The translations under genes were made by a program, and so were the position numbers. Of a stretch of 64,000 nucleotides of DNA, positions 34,721 through 44,245 are shown piece after piece. Positions within the stretch are counted from its first letter, which is position 1; each line of letters begins with the position of its first letter. The DNA is from a virus: positions 32,001 through 96,000 of the IMG/VR virus record IMGVR_UViG_3300017917_002228; one strand, 5' to 3'. The notes beneath the pieces were generated by a model. That model searched no databases and had not been told where the DNA came from. It saw only the letters and a list, made by a program, of their open reading frames with translations.

Positions 34721-35008
34721 ATGATGAAAGCAGATCTTGAACTAGCCGTTAAACGTTTGCATGCAGCATATACATTGTATTATCTCAAGGCTACTCCTAA
34801 TGCCAAGATGAACGACGCTGTTGTGTATGCTAACGCATGTACTTCTGACTACGTAGACTATGCTGAAGAAGCTTGTAAAGATTATAAGTGGAAAAGTATG
34901 GCTAAGGTACTAGAGAACCAAGTTCGTATTCTTCTCGGTTTTGTAGAAGTGTACGATAAGATTATCGAACGAGATAGAGTAACTCAAAAAACGAGGTGGT
35001 CGCTATGA
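34721..35008 (+). CDS. hypothetical protein
   Basis: Promoter TTGCCT-N17-TAGTAT directly upstream. Confidence 0.65.
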   Translation: MMKADLELAVKRLHAAYTLYYLKATPNAKMNDAVVYANACTSDYVDYAEEACKDYKWKSMAKVLENQVRILLGFVEVYDKIIERDRVTQKTRWSL

Positions 35009-35087
35009 TTAGTCGCTATGATGTTGTTCTTCGTCGCTGGGAATATGGTTTTTGGCGCGGTAGTCAGTTTGTGATTGTAGGTGTAAT

Positions 35088-35360
35088 GTGAAAAGCTATA
35101 CAATTAATATTGATTATAATATCGCAGATAAAATCTTCGTCGATGTTCTTAAAGACGATTATTTAATGCTGTGTAAAGAGATAGCTCACATTAACCAGAC
35201 ACAAGAAGGTAAAAAGCCAGAAGAATTTCCTCCTCATATTAAGGAAGATTTTGAAGCTTGCCATAACAATACAGTTGCAATGGAACAGCTTTTCTTCTAC
35301 TATATGATGCCTGAAGATGCATTGAACCTTATTAATGAAGGTAATGCAATCCGTTTCTAA
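35088..35360 (+). CDS. hypothetical protein
   Basis: GTG start with AGGTG RBS. Confidence 0.65.
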   Translation: MKSYTINIDYNIADKIFVDVLKDDYLMLCKEIAHINQTQEGKKPEEFPPHIKEDFEACHNNTVAMEQLFFYYMMPEDALNLINEGNAIRF

Positions 35361-35382
35361 AGTTAGCCTATATAAAATGTAT

Positions 35383-35458
35383 TTCCCGATAGCTCAGTTG
35401 GTAGAGCATTCGACTGTTAATCGAATTGTCCCAGGTTCGAGCCCTGGTCGGGGAGCCA
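35383..35458 (+). tRNA. tRNA-Asn(GTT)
   Basis: Canonical cloverleaf, GCCA. Confidence 0.95.
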
Positions 35459-35516
35459 GTTAGGTTCGTCGCTTAATAGACGCGCGAGAGGTCACGGTTA
35501 GCCTCTCACCAATTTC

Positions 35517-35591
35517 GCCGGTGTAGCACAGCGGTAGTGCAGCGGTTTTGTAAACCGAAGGTCGGGAGTTCAATCCTCTCCACCGGCACCA
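35517..35591 (+). tRNA. tRNA-Thr(TGT)
   Basis: Cloverleaf, ACCA. Confidence 0.93.
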
Positions 35592-35596
35592 TTAAT

Positions 35597-35671
35597 GCGG
35601 GTATAACTCAGGGGTAGAGTGTCAGCCTTCCAAGCTGTTCGTCGCAGGTTCGAATCCTGTTACCCGCTCCA
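35597..35671 (+). tRNA. tRNA-Gly(TCC)
   Basis: Cloverleaf, TCCA. Confidence 0.95.
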
Positions 35672-35689
35672 ACTATCTAAAGGTGTGTC

Positions 35690-35917
35690 ATGTTTTGGTA
35701 TGTAATTCTAGTAGTGATCAATGCTAATGGTACAGTTAATGCTACCACACACTATCCAAAACTACCTCAGTATAACCATGAATCAAACTGTAAAGAAGCT
35801 GGTAAAGCTCTAGCAGACAAAGCACAACTTGAAGCAGGTACTAATAATGCTAAAGTGTTCTGGAGGTGTGAAGCACTTTCATATGAAACCGTAGCTAAAA
35901 CACTTCCGAGGACATAA
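35690..35917 (+). CDS. small exported/membrane protein
   Basis: Hydrophobic N-terminus, two Cys. Confidence 0.65.
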   Translation: MFWYVILVVINANGTVNATTHYPKLPQYNHESNCKEAGKALADKAQLEAGTNNAKVFWRCEALSYETVAKTLPRT

Positions 35918-36081
35918 TGGTTGAAGAAGATAAACTACTCAAAGTACACCACGATTGGATGCTAGATATTCTTAAACGAATGAAACAAACAATCGAATCT
36001 AAAGATGTTAACGAAACTCAAAAGCTTGCAGTGCTTGAATACTGGGTTAAGCAAGCACTTAAAGTAGAACGAGAAGACTGA
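35917..36081 (+). CDS. hypothetical protein (54 aa, not in ORF track)
   Basis: GAGGA RBS, TAATG coupling, MVEEDKLLKVHHDW... Confidence 0.6.
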   Translation: MVEEDKLLKVHHDWMLDILKRMKQTIESKDVNETQKLAVLEYWVKQALKVERED

Positions 36082-36092
36082 TAAATACTTTT

Positions 36093-36302
36093 ATGGGTAC
36101 AGCGTCTGTAGAAGCTCGACAAGAATTAGTTGATAAAATTAAGCACCGTAGTGATATTAAAATTGTAGATATCACACACTTTGGTGAAGGTTTTTATCTA
36201 GTCAAAGTTGAGTCAGATGAACTCCCAGCAGGCTATCATGGAATGCAAAGTATTTACTTTGAAGATGATAGAGTAAAGTTTAGACGAGACTTAGACGTCT
36301 AA
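36093..36302 (+). CDS. hypothetical protein
   Basis: ORF behind GATAAATA. Confidence 0.55.
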   Translation: MGTASVEARQELVDKIKHRSDIKIVDITHFGEGFYLVKVESDELPAGYHGMQSIYFEDDRVKFRRDLDV

Positions 36303-36377
36303 GCGGAGGTAGCTCAGTGGTAGAGCTTCTGCTTGCCAAGCAGACGGTCGTGGGTTCGATCCCCATTCTCCGCTCCA
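36303..36377 (+). tRNA. tRNA-Gly(GCC)
   Basis: Cloverleaf, TCCA. Confidence 0.95.
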
Positions 36378-36393
36378 TTATTACAGGTGAACT

Positions 36394-36864
36394 ATGCGTA
36401 AATTTGACATTAACGAAGTCATCGACTTTATCAAGTCGCAATCTCCAGAAACAAAAATCTATCTAGGTGCAGATTCAGTTCGCCTTAATGTCAAAGACGT
36501 ATGGTATGCAGATTATACATTAGCAGTCGTTGTTCATTATGATGGCAACAAGGGCTGTAAAATATTTGGTGATGTAATACGTGAGCGTGATTTTGATCAA
36601 CGTCAAGATCGTCCTCGTATGCGTCTCATGAATGAAGTATATAAGATTGCCGAGCTCTATTTACAGCTTGCAGAAGTATTAGAAGACCGCTATATTGAAG
36701 TACATCTTGACATTAACCCTGATGAAATGCATGGTTCGTCTTGCGTAATTAATGAAGCAGTCGGCTATATAAGAGGTATGTGTAATGTTGTTCCGTTTGT
36801 TAAACCAAACGCGTTTGCAGCTTCTTATGCAGCAGATAGACTGAAAGAAGTTCTTTCAGCTTAA
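36394..36864 (+). CDS. YkuK/DUF458 RNase H-like protein
   Basis: IYLGADS, RLMNEV, EVHLDIN, KPNAFAASYAAD. Confidence 0.88.
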   Translation: MRKFDINEVIDFIKSQSPETKIYLGADSVRLNVKDVWYADYTLAVVVHYDGNKGCKIFGDVIRERDFDQRQDRPRMRLMNEVYKIAELYLQLAEVLEDRYIEVHLDINPDEMHGSSCVINEAVGYIRGMCNVVPFVKPNAFAASYAADRLKEVLSA

Positions 36865-36871
36865 CAGTCAC

Positions 36872-36954
36872 GCGCTAGTGGCGGAATTGGTAGACGCACT
36901 GGTTTTAGGTACCAGCGGGCAACCGTGGGGGTTCGAGTCCCTCCTGGCGCACCA
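36872..36954 (+). tRNA. tRNA-Leu(TAG)
   Basis: Class II cloverleaf, ACCA. Confidence 0.95.
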
Positions 36955-36959
36955 TAGTT

Positions 36960-37036
36960 CGGGGATTAGCACAGCCTGGTAGTGCGCTCGCTTTGGGAGC
37001 GAGAGGTCGCGAGTTCGAGTCCCGCATCCCCGACCA
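36960..37036 (+). tRNA. tRNA-Pro(TGG)
   Basis: Cloverleaf, ACCA. Confidence 0.95.
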
Positions 37037-37051
37037 TATAAATAAGCTATT

Positions 37052-37135
37052 GGAGGATAGCGTGCAAGGTGCACAAACGGTCTTGAAAACCGTGCCACCG
37101 AAAGGTTGATGGTTCGATTCCTTTATCCTCCGCCA
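37052..37135 (+). tRNA. tRNA-Ser(TGA), probable 8/4 fold
   Basis: Acceptor GGAGGATA/TATCCTCC, loop CTTGAAA, V arm, G73 CCA. Confidence 0.85.
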
Positions 37136-37137
37136 AT

Positions 37138-37211
37138 ATCAGTGTGATGTAACGGTAGCATAACGGTCTCCAAAACCGTTCGTCAGAGTTCGAATCCCTG
37201 CACTGATGCCA
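37138..37211 (+). tRNA. tRNA-Trp(CCA)
   Basis: Cloverleaf, GCCA. Confidence 0.9.
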
Positions 37212-37226
37212 ATATACAGGTAGCAT

Positions 37227-37427
37227 ATGAAATTAAAAAAGCTTAAACTTACACATGAAGAGATTTTTGCTGAAGTTGAACGTCACGAATTAGTAATATG
37301 CCACCTAAGAAAAGAAGATGGATCACTTGAACCATTTTTAGTTTCTTACGATAATAAAAAATACGCCATGCCAGAAGGCTATATGGAATACGATAAGAAA
37401 CACTTTAGACGTTTCTTTAATATCTAA
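37227..37427 (+). CDS. hypothetical protein
   Basis: RBS AGGT; lies between tRNAs. Confidence 0.6.
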   Translation: MKLKKLKLTHEEIFAEVERHELVICHLRKEDGSLEPFLVSYDNKKYAMPEGYMEYDKKHFRRFFNI

Positions 37428-37428
37428 C

Positions 37429-37514
37429 GGAGCGTGGGCAGGACGGTAATGCAGCGGTTTGCTAAACCGTAGAACCGAAAGGTTCAATTGGTTCGACTCC
37501 AATACGCTCCGCCA
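37429..37514 (+). tRNA. tRNA-Ser(GCT)
   Basis: Class II cloverleaf, G at position 8, GCCA. Confidence 0.9.
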
Positions 37515-37601
37515 AGTTCTTCTTGGGAAGAAGTAAAAAGCACCCTGGTCGGAGTGGTGCAGAGGCGAGTGCGACGCCTCTGCCTTTTATTTTTGAGGTA
37601 T

Positions 37602-38303
37602 ATGATGAGTTATACTGTTGTTATTCCTACAATGTGGATGTTTGCACCATTCACTGCTTTCTTAAAAGATCTTGTAGAAGAATCTAGCGTGTCTATGATT
37701 AACATCATTAATAATGATGTGGATAGGACACCAGATGATCCAATCTTAAAACATAAAAAAATTCTTATGTATAACATGCCGGATAACATTGGGGTTAATC
37801 CGGCATGGAACTTTGGCGTTCAGTATTCAGGTGGTAACGAAAACATCTGTATAATGAATGATGATATTACGTTTGATCTTAAAGTTTTCAAGAAACTATA
37901 TGGCCGTCTTCGTAAAGGTTCTGGTGTATATGGACTGTGTCCAGGTGATCCAATTCACTACCAGCCTCCTGTAACGACCGGTATTATAGAATTCCAACAT
38001 ACACCTTTCCCATATCATTACAGTAAACATTTTGGTTTCGGACAGCTTATGTTTTTAAATAAACATGACTGGACGCCAATTCCTAATGGTCTAAAGATAT
38101 ATTGGGGTGATAATTTTATTTACGATACCTACTATCATAAATTTAATAACAATCACGTTATTACTAATATGTTCTTTCATACTCCTTGTGCTACTACAAC
38201 AAGCACTATTGAAAATCCAGGTGGCATTGTTCAACAAGAGGGTATAATATTTAATCAGGTTATGCCTCAGATAGTCAACGACATTTTAGCGAGCAAGCAA
38301 TGA
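37602..38303 (+). CDS. GT2-like glycosyltransferase
   Basis: VVIPT, INN, NIGVNPAWNFG, MNDD; RBS GAGGT. Confidence 0.85.
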   Translation: MMSYTVVIPTMWMFAPFTAFLKDLVEESSVSMINIINNDVDRTPDDPILKHKKILMYNMPDNIGVNPAWNFGVQYSGGNENICIMNDDITFDLKVFKKLYGRLRKGSGVYGLCPGDPIHYQPPVTTGIIEFQHTPFPYHYSKHFGFGQLMFLNKHDWTPIPNGLKIYWGDNFIYDTYYHKFNNNHVITNMFFHTPCATTTSTIENPGGIVQQEGIIFNQVMPQIVNDILASKQ

Positions 38304-39139
38304 AAGATCTTATTCTAGCTAGCATAAGCAATTACACTTATGATAAAGTAAAACACTGGCTTAATTCTATCAAAAAGTCTGGTTTTTCTGGCGATGTTAT
38401 TATGATATGTGCTAGTGTTGATGTTGATACAATTAATAAGCTTGATCAAGAAGGTGTAATTGTATATCATTGTGATCTAGAACCTAACCAGCATATTGTT
38501 GTAGAGCGATTTCTTTATTACTGGAATATTCTAGATAATCTAGAAGAAGAATATCGATATGTTATTTGTACAGATGTATCAGATGTAGTATTTCAACGCA
38601 ACCCTTCTGACTGGCTCAGCAAAAATATTACAGAAGAAAAACTTATTGCTGCATCTGAGTCAATTACATATAAAAACGAAGCGTGGGGCTATCACAATAT
38701 CAGAGCATCTTTTGGTATTCAAATTGGTCAAGAGATGGATGATTGGGTTATTTACAATGCCGGTGTTATAGCCGGTGAACCTTTTTTTCTAAAGAAATTA
38801 TTTAAAATTTTATATTTTATGTGTGATGCTCGACCATCTCAAGTAGCTGGTGGAGGAGGACCCGATCAAGCAGCTTATAATATTATTCTTACTACTCAAC
38901 GTTATGAAGATATATTTTTTGCACCGTCTGAATCAGCATGGGCAGCTCAATTAGGTACTACTGGTGATCCTCATAAACTTCTTTACTATAATTCTCTTTT
39001 AGTAGAACCTAAGCCTATTTTTAGAGACGGTTATGTTTGTACAAGCAAAGGTGAACCTTTCTTTATAGTTCATCAATATAATAGGGTACCTGAAATTAAA
39101 AAAGCGTTTGAGGAAATATATGAAAGCGTCACGCAATAA
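38300..39139 (+). CDS. GT-A fold glycosyltransferase
   Basis: ERF, TDVSDVVFQRNP, NAGV, DQAAYN, VHQYNR. Confidence 0.8.
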   Translation: MKDLILASISNYTYDKVKHWLNSIKKSGFSGDVIMICASVDVDTINKLDQEGVIVYHCDLEPNQHIVVERFLYYWNILDNLEEEYRYVICTDVSDVVFQRNPSDWLSKNITEEKLIAASESITYKNEAWGYHNIRASFGIQIGQEMDDWVIYNAGVIAGEPFFLKKLFKILYFMCDARPSQVAGGGGPDQAAYNIILTTQRYEDIFFAPSESAWAAQLGTTGDPHKLLYYNSLLVEPKPIFRDGYVCTSKGEPFFIVHQYNRVPEIKKAFEEIYESVTQ

Positions 39140-39869
39140 TCTTATTATAGTTCCTGTAGGTCTAGATATTGATCATTTTGTTAAATTACATGAGCTAGAA
39201 TTTGACATGAATGATCATTGGCGTAATATTGCTAATGATCGTAACTATGATATCTTAGCAGTACAATATGGTGATTATGTTCCTCAAGAAGGTACATATG
39301 ATTATTTGCTTAAGGCAACAGGTAATAAATGGAAAATTCTTAAGTCAATTAAAAATGAAATTGACTTTGCTCAATGGGATTATATTGGTCTTTATGATGA
39401 CGATATTGTCACTACAACAGATTGTATCACAGCAGCTTTTAATTACGCTAAAATAAATAATATAGCAGCATATCAGCAAGCTCTTTCTCCAGGATCAGAA
39501 TCTAATTGGCCGGTTACTAGACAGCAAGAAGGATGGGCAGTATCGTTTACCAACTTTATGGAAATAATGTGCCCGGTCTTAAGACAGGACTGCTTATTTA
39601 AAGTGATTGATCTCATCGATAAATATGATGTAAATCATGGATGGGGACTTGATTTTATTTTTAGTGATTTGTTTGATAGCGATATTGGTATTATACATTT
39701 TGCTCCTATGTTTCATCCTTCCCGCCCAAGCACAGGTAGCTCTTACAAAAAAGATGACGCATTTAAAGAGATGGATTCTCTTCTCAATACCGTATATCCT
39801 TCTATTAAAGAAGGATGGGTATCGTCACCTGGCCATGTAAGATCGTTTTTAAAATACGATGAGGTTTGA
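39120..39869 (+). CDS. DUF707-like glycosyltransferase
   Basis: YIGLYDDD, QQAL, TNFMEIMCP, GWGLD. Confidence 0.75.
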   Translation: MKASRNNLIIVPVGLDIDHFVKLHELEFDMNDHWRNIANDRNYDILAVQYGDYVPQEGTYDYLLKATGNKWKILKSIKNEIDFAQWDYIGLYDDDIVTTTDCITAAFNYAKINNIAAYQQALSPGSESNWPVTRQQEGWAVSFTNFMEIMCPVLRQDCLFKVIDLIDKYDVNHGWGLDFIFSDLFDSDIGIIHFAPMFHPSRPSTGSSYKKDDAFKEMDSLLNTVYPSIKEGWVSSPGHVRSFLKYDEV

Positions 39870-39870
39870 T

Positions 39871-40764
39871 ATGAAGTGTTTAGTAACAGGCGGAGCTGGA
39901 TTTATTGGTTCCCATATTGTAGATGCTCTAGTAGCTAAAGGTTATCAGGTATTAGTTATCGATAACGAGAGTTCTATTGTTCATAATAACTTTTACTACA
40001 ACGATAAAGCATCATATTTTAAAGAAGATATTGCTGACTATGATGCAACAAGACCTCTCTATGAAGGTGTTGATTATGTTTTTCATTGTGCAGCAGAGTC
40101 TCGTATTCAACCTGCTATCGAAAATCCTCTTCTAGCTATTCGTACAAATACTTTTGGTACTGGTGTTGTTTTGCAGTGTGCAAGAGAAGCTGGTGTTAAA
40201 AAGATTATGTACTCATCTACATCATCAGGTTATGGTCTCGTCAACACACCCCCTCTAGATGAGACTATGCCAGATGATTGTCTCAACCCATATTCAGTGT
40301 CAAAAGTATCTGGAGAAAAACTCTGCGGTATGTATGATAAACTGTTTGGAGTAAAAACAGTTATATTCAGATACTTTAACGTATATGGGCCTCGTGAACC
40401 TCTTAAAGGTCCATATGCTCCAGTTGTAGGTTTATTTCTAAGACAATTTAAGGCTCAAGAACCTATTACTATTGTTCCCGACGGACATCAGCGTAGAGAC
40501 TTCACTCACGTTAATGACGTTGTGCGCGCTAATCTATTAGCAATGGAAAGCGATGTTCACGGTGAACTATTTAATGTAGGTACTGGTGTAAATTACTCTG
40601 TATTAGAACTAGCTGATATGATATCAGACAACCAAGTTATGATTGCTCCTCGCCTAGGTGAAGCTAGAGTTACATTAGCTAATAATTCTAAAATTAGAGA
40701 TATGCTAGGTTGGGTCCCTACATATAAAATTACTGATTATATTAAGGAACAACTAAATGGCTAA
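39871..40764 (+). CDS. NAD-dependent nucleotide-sugar epimerase/dehydratase
   Basis: GGAGFIGSH, YSVSK, RYFNVYGP, RDFTHV. Confidence 0.92.
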   Translation: MKCLVTGGAGFIGSHIVDALVAKGYQVLVIDNESSIVHNNFYYNDKASYFKEDIADYDATRPLYEGVDYVFHCAAESRIQPAIENPLLAIRTNTFGTGVVLQCAREAGVKKIMYSSTSSGYGLVNTPPLDETMPDDCLNPYSVSKVSGEKLCGMYDKLFGVKTVIFRYFNVYGPREPLKGPYAPVVGLFLRQFKAQEPITIVPDGHQRRDFTHVNDVVRANLLAMESDVHGELFNVGTGVNYSVLELADMISDNQVMIAPRLGEARVTLANNSKIRDMLGWVPTYKITDYIKEQLNG

Positions 40765-41344
40765 TGTATTTTTAGACCTTGGTACTCACTTTGGCCAAGG
40801 TCTTTCTAACTTTATAAACAGATATAACATGGATGAGAGCTGGGTTGTTCATACATTTGAAGCCAACCCAACAACTTATGATATCTTTATGGAACAACAT
40901 AATAGTAGATCATGGGTTACTGCTCATAATAAAGCAGTATGTGCTGAAGATGGAACTATTACACTTCATCAAGAAACTCCTCCTAATGAAGGAGCAACAG
41001 GTCAAGGCTCATCTATTATTAATTTAGAATACTGGAATCCTTGGAATGGTACTATAAGAGAAAATTTTCAATCTGATATCGATGTAGAATCTATTTCACT
41101 CTCTAACTTTATTAAGAGCAACTTTAATATAGAAGATAATATTATTATTAAAATGGATATTGAAGGTGCTGAGTTTGAAACTTTGCAAGACCTTATAGAG
41201 ACTAAAGCTATAGAATATGTAAATGAAATATACGTTGAATGGCACCCTCATTTCTTTACCAATAAAGAAGAGATGGGTGTGTTAAAGAACAATATTTTAA
41301 ATAAACTAAAAGATTATAAAGTTGTTATGCATGAGTGGCATTGA
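40757..41344 (+). CDS. FkbM family methyltransferase
   Basis: FLDLGTHFG, FEAN, KMDIEGAE, VEWH. Confidence 0.88.
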   Translation: MANVFLDLGTHFGQGLSNFINRYNMDESWVVHTFEANPTTYDIFMEQHNSRSWVTAHNKAVCAEDGTITLHQETPPNEGATGQGSSIINLEYWNPWNGTIRENFQSDIDVESISLSNFIKSNFNIEDNIIIKMDIEGAEFETLQDLIETKAIEYVNEIYVEWHPHFFTNKEEMGVLKNNILNKLKDYKVVMHEWH

Positions 41345-42138
41345 TGCAAGGTTATTTTTTTATTGCTCTGGGTGAACAATATATTGATGAATGTGTTATA
41401 TTAACACAAACGATTCGAAAACAGAACGATGAAAGGCCTGTAAGCCTTCTAATTCATCAAAGAGATATTGAATACGCTCAGCAGTATAATATGTTTGATA
41501 AGTTAGTAGTTTTTAATCCTAAAGATAAGCTTTGGGAAAACTGCACCACTAACTTTGAAAAATACTGTCTTTATCCTAGACTATATCTAAACTCATATAC
41601 ACCTTACGAAGAAAGCATTACAGTTGATTCTGACGTACTTTGTCAGTATAATGCAGATAAAGTATGGAAGTTTTGCTCACAATATACCAAGCCAGTTGTT
41701 ATGACTGGACGACATGATGATCCTTCTTGGCATTGGGGACATATCAACGAAGTATCAGAAGCATATGGTAAAAAAGTACCTCATGTTCATGGCGGGTTCT
41801 TCTATCTAAGAAAAGATCCATTTCTAGATACTTTTTTTGATTATTGTAAAGAAGTATTTTACAAGTATGATGACTACAACTGTAAGAGGATGTTTAGAGG
41901 TGGTAAAGTAGATGAGATTATATTTGCAATTGCTCATGCACACTTTGATATGCTACCTGTAGATTTTAGTCAGTTTCCAATTATGACATTCAACTACACT
42001 CCTGACATGGAAATACCTTCTAAGATACAAACTGAAGGTGGAAGAATAGAAGAGATGAAAGATTACATCCCATTTGTTCATATGTTTGATAAAATGGGTG
42101 GGCAAAATTACGAAACACTTCTTAGTAAAATTATATGA
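41344..42138 (+). CDS. GT8-like glycosyltransferase
   Basis: TPYEESITVDSD, HGG, DE, VH. Confidence 0.7.
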   Translation: MQGYFFIALGEQYIDECVILTQTIRKQNDERPVSLLIHQRDIEYAQQYNMFDKLVVFNPKDKLWENCTTNFEKYCLYPRLYLNSYTPYEESITVDSDVLCQYNADKVWKFCSQYTKPVVMTGRHDDPSWHWGHINEVSEAYGKKVPHVHGGFFYLRKDPFLDTFFDYCKEVFYKYDDYNCKRMFRGGKVDEIIFAIAHAHFDMLPVDFSQFPIMTFNYTPDMEIPSKIQTEGGRIEEMKDYIPFVHMFDKMGGQNYETLLSKII

Positions 42139-43232
42139 TTAAAAAATTTGATTATCTTATTGTAGGAGCCGGTATGTTCGGTTCCACATTTGCTCGTCTT
42201 GCTACAGATGAAGGTAAACGCTGTCTTATTATAGACAAGCGCAATCATATTGCTGGTAACTGTTATACAGAGAACAAAGACGGTATTAATATACACAAAT
42301 ACGGTCCTCATATCTTTCATACAAGTAATGATAAGATATGGAACTTTGTTAATCGCTTTGCTAAATTTAATAATTTTATTTTAAATCCTAAAGCGTATTA
42401 TGATGGTAAGCTATATTCACTACCATTTAATATGAATACATTTTATGAGATGTGGGGTACTATTAAACCTCAAGATGCTAAGTTTATAATAGAAAATCAA
42501 ACTAAAAAAATAGGCTCAGTTGACAATCTAGAAGATCATGCACTTAGCATGGTTGGTGAAGATATTTATAATAAGCTTATTAGAGGTTACACTAAGAAGC
42601 AGTGGATGAAAGATCCTAAAGAACTGCCTGCTTCTATTATTAAAAGACTACCTATACGTCTTACATACAACAATAACTACTTCAATGACACCTATCAGGG
42701 TATTCCAATAGGTGGTTATACTAAGATGTTTGAAAATATGCTTGAAGGTATTGAAGTAGTTTTAAATGAAGATTATTTTAATAAAAAATCAGAATGGGAT
42801 TCTATTGCTCATAAGGTAGTTTATACAGGATGTATAGATGAATTTTTTGATTACAAGTATGGTAAGCTGGAGTATAGAACGCTAGATTTTCAAACTCAAT
42901 TTTTAGAAGATACTGGTAACTTTCAAGGTTGTGCTATGGTCAACTATACAGAAGAAAGTGTACCTTACACACGTATTATTGAACATAAGCACTTTGAATT
43001 TGGTACACAACATTACACATACATTACACATGAATATCCAGTAAAGATGGAAGAAGGAAAGACGCCTTACTATCCCATTAATACTGATGCAAATCAAAAG
43101 ATTTTTCATCAATATGACTTGCTATCTAAACAATCTAATGTTATATTTGGTGGAAGACTAGCCAATTATCAATACTATGATATGCATCAAGTGATAGGAC
43201 AGGCTATGTCTATATACGAGTCCGCTAAATAA
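42135..43232 (+). CDS. glf: UDP-galactopyranose mutase
   Basis: GAGMFG, HIAGNCY, HKYGPHIFHT, YTRIIEHKHF, PYYP, GRLANYQYYDM. Confidence 0.96.
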   Translation: MIKKFDYLIVGAGMFGSTFARLATDEGKRCLIIDKRNHIAGNCYTENKDGINIHKYGPHIFHTSNDKIWNFVNRFAKFNNFILNPKAYYDGKLYSLPFNMNTFYEMWGTIKPQDAKFIIENQTKKIGSVDNLEDHALSMVGEDIYNKLIRGYTKKQWMKDPKELPASIIKRLPIRLTYNNNYFNDTYQGIPIGGYTKMFENMLEGIEVVLNEDYFNKKSEWDSIAHKVVYTGCIDEFFDYKYGKLEYRTLDFQTQFLEDTGNFQGCAMVNYTEESVPYTRIIEHKHFEFGTQHYTYITHEYPVKMEEGKTPYYPINTDANQKIFHQYDLLSKQSNVIFGGRLANYQYYDMHQVIGQAMSIYESAK

Positions 43233-43300
43233 ACAACCTGTTTTCTGAAACAGGGAAGCAGCCTGGATAGTATCCTTGCTGTCAACATTAAGGAGAAGTA

Positions 43301-43732
43301 ATGAAACAATTACTACATCTCCTAGTATTCTTTATGCTAGGAATGTGTGTGTTGTCTTCGAAGACTGTAGCAAATGATAAAATCCATTCACTTGTCACAC
43401 AGAAGGCAATAGAGCACAATGTGCCTCCTTCTTTTGCACACGGTGTTATAATTACGGAATCAAATTATAATCCTAATGCAAAAAATGGAAGCTCCATTGG
43501 CCTAGGGCAAATTCAATGTCGTACGGCTAAGGGAATCGGACTACAAGGGGATTGTAAAAGGTTATTTGACCCAGATACTAATCTCATGTATTCTATGAAA
43601 TACCTTAGAATGGCTCTTGATAGAGCGAAGGGAAATCAATGCTTTGCAGCTACCCTATACAATAGAGGATTAGGAGCTAAACCTGCTAATTCTAAGTATT
43701 GTAAAAAGGTATTCTCTAAAATAAAAACTTAG
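43301..43732 (+). CDS. lytic transglycosylase (SLT domain) with N-terminal signal
   Basis: ES.YNPNA, GLGQI, L.DP..N, YN.G. Confidence 0.88.
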   Translation: MKQLLHLLVFFMLGMCVLSSKTVANDKIHSLVTQKAIEHNVPPSFAHGVIITESNYNPNAKNGSSIGLGQIQCRTAKGIGLQGDCKRLFDPDTNLMYSMKYLRMALDRAKGNQCFAATLYNRGLGAKPANSKYCKKVFSKIKT

Positions 43733-43743
43733 TGATTATGAGT

Positions 43744-43817
43744 TGGGAGATCGTCTAATGGTAGGACAACGGACTTTGACTCCGTCAATCTAGGTTCGAG
43801 CCCTAGTCTCCCAGCCA
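43744..43817 (+). tRNA. tRNA-Gln(TTG)
   Basis: Cloverleaf, GCCA. Confidence 0.95.
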
Positions 43818-43876
43818 TAGTGATAACAAGGTAATAAATAATGTTTTACATCTATCCGGAAAGGTCTCAACCAATT

Positions 43877-44239
43877 ATGAACAACACATGGGGTTACCAT
43901 CTTCTTCTTGACTGCACAGCAGGTCATAAGGACGCTATCTCCTCAAAAGAAAATGTCTATAATTTTATTAAAGAACTAGTTCCAGCTATTGATATGGTCG
44001 CATTTGGTGAGCCTTGGATTGAGCATTTTGCTACTCATGATCCAGACAAGGCTGGTATTTCTCTCTGCCAAATGATCGAAACATCTAACATTACTGGTCA
44101 CTTTGTAGACAAGAATGGTAACTTCTATATTGATGTTTTTAGTTGCAAGCCTTTCGATAATGATGTAGTATTAGAAGTGGTCAGTAAGTACTTCAATCCA
44201 GAAAAGATTCGTGTACACTTTATTTCACGTGACGCATAA
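43877..44239 (+). CDS. pyruvoyl-dependent S-adenosylmethionine decarboxylase family protein
   Basis: GYHLLLD, G.S..QMIETSNITGH, YIDVFSC. Confidence 0.85.
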   Translation: MNNTWGYHLLLDCTAGHKDAISSKENVYNFIKELVPAIDMVAFGEPWIEHFATHDPDKAGISLCQMIETSNITGHFVDKNGNFYIDVFSCKPFDNDVVLEVVSKYFNPEKIRVHFISRDA

Positions 44240-44245
44240 GTATAT

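Noticed and set aside
35486-35515. preQ1-I riboswitch (AGAGG/CCTCT stem), tempting given the que genes
   Set aside because: No A-rich 3' tail or loop consensus, and it lies between tRNAs, not upstream of a CDS
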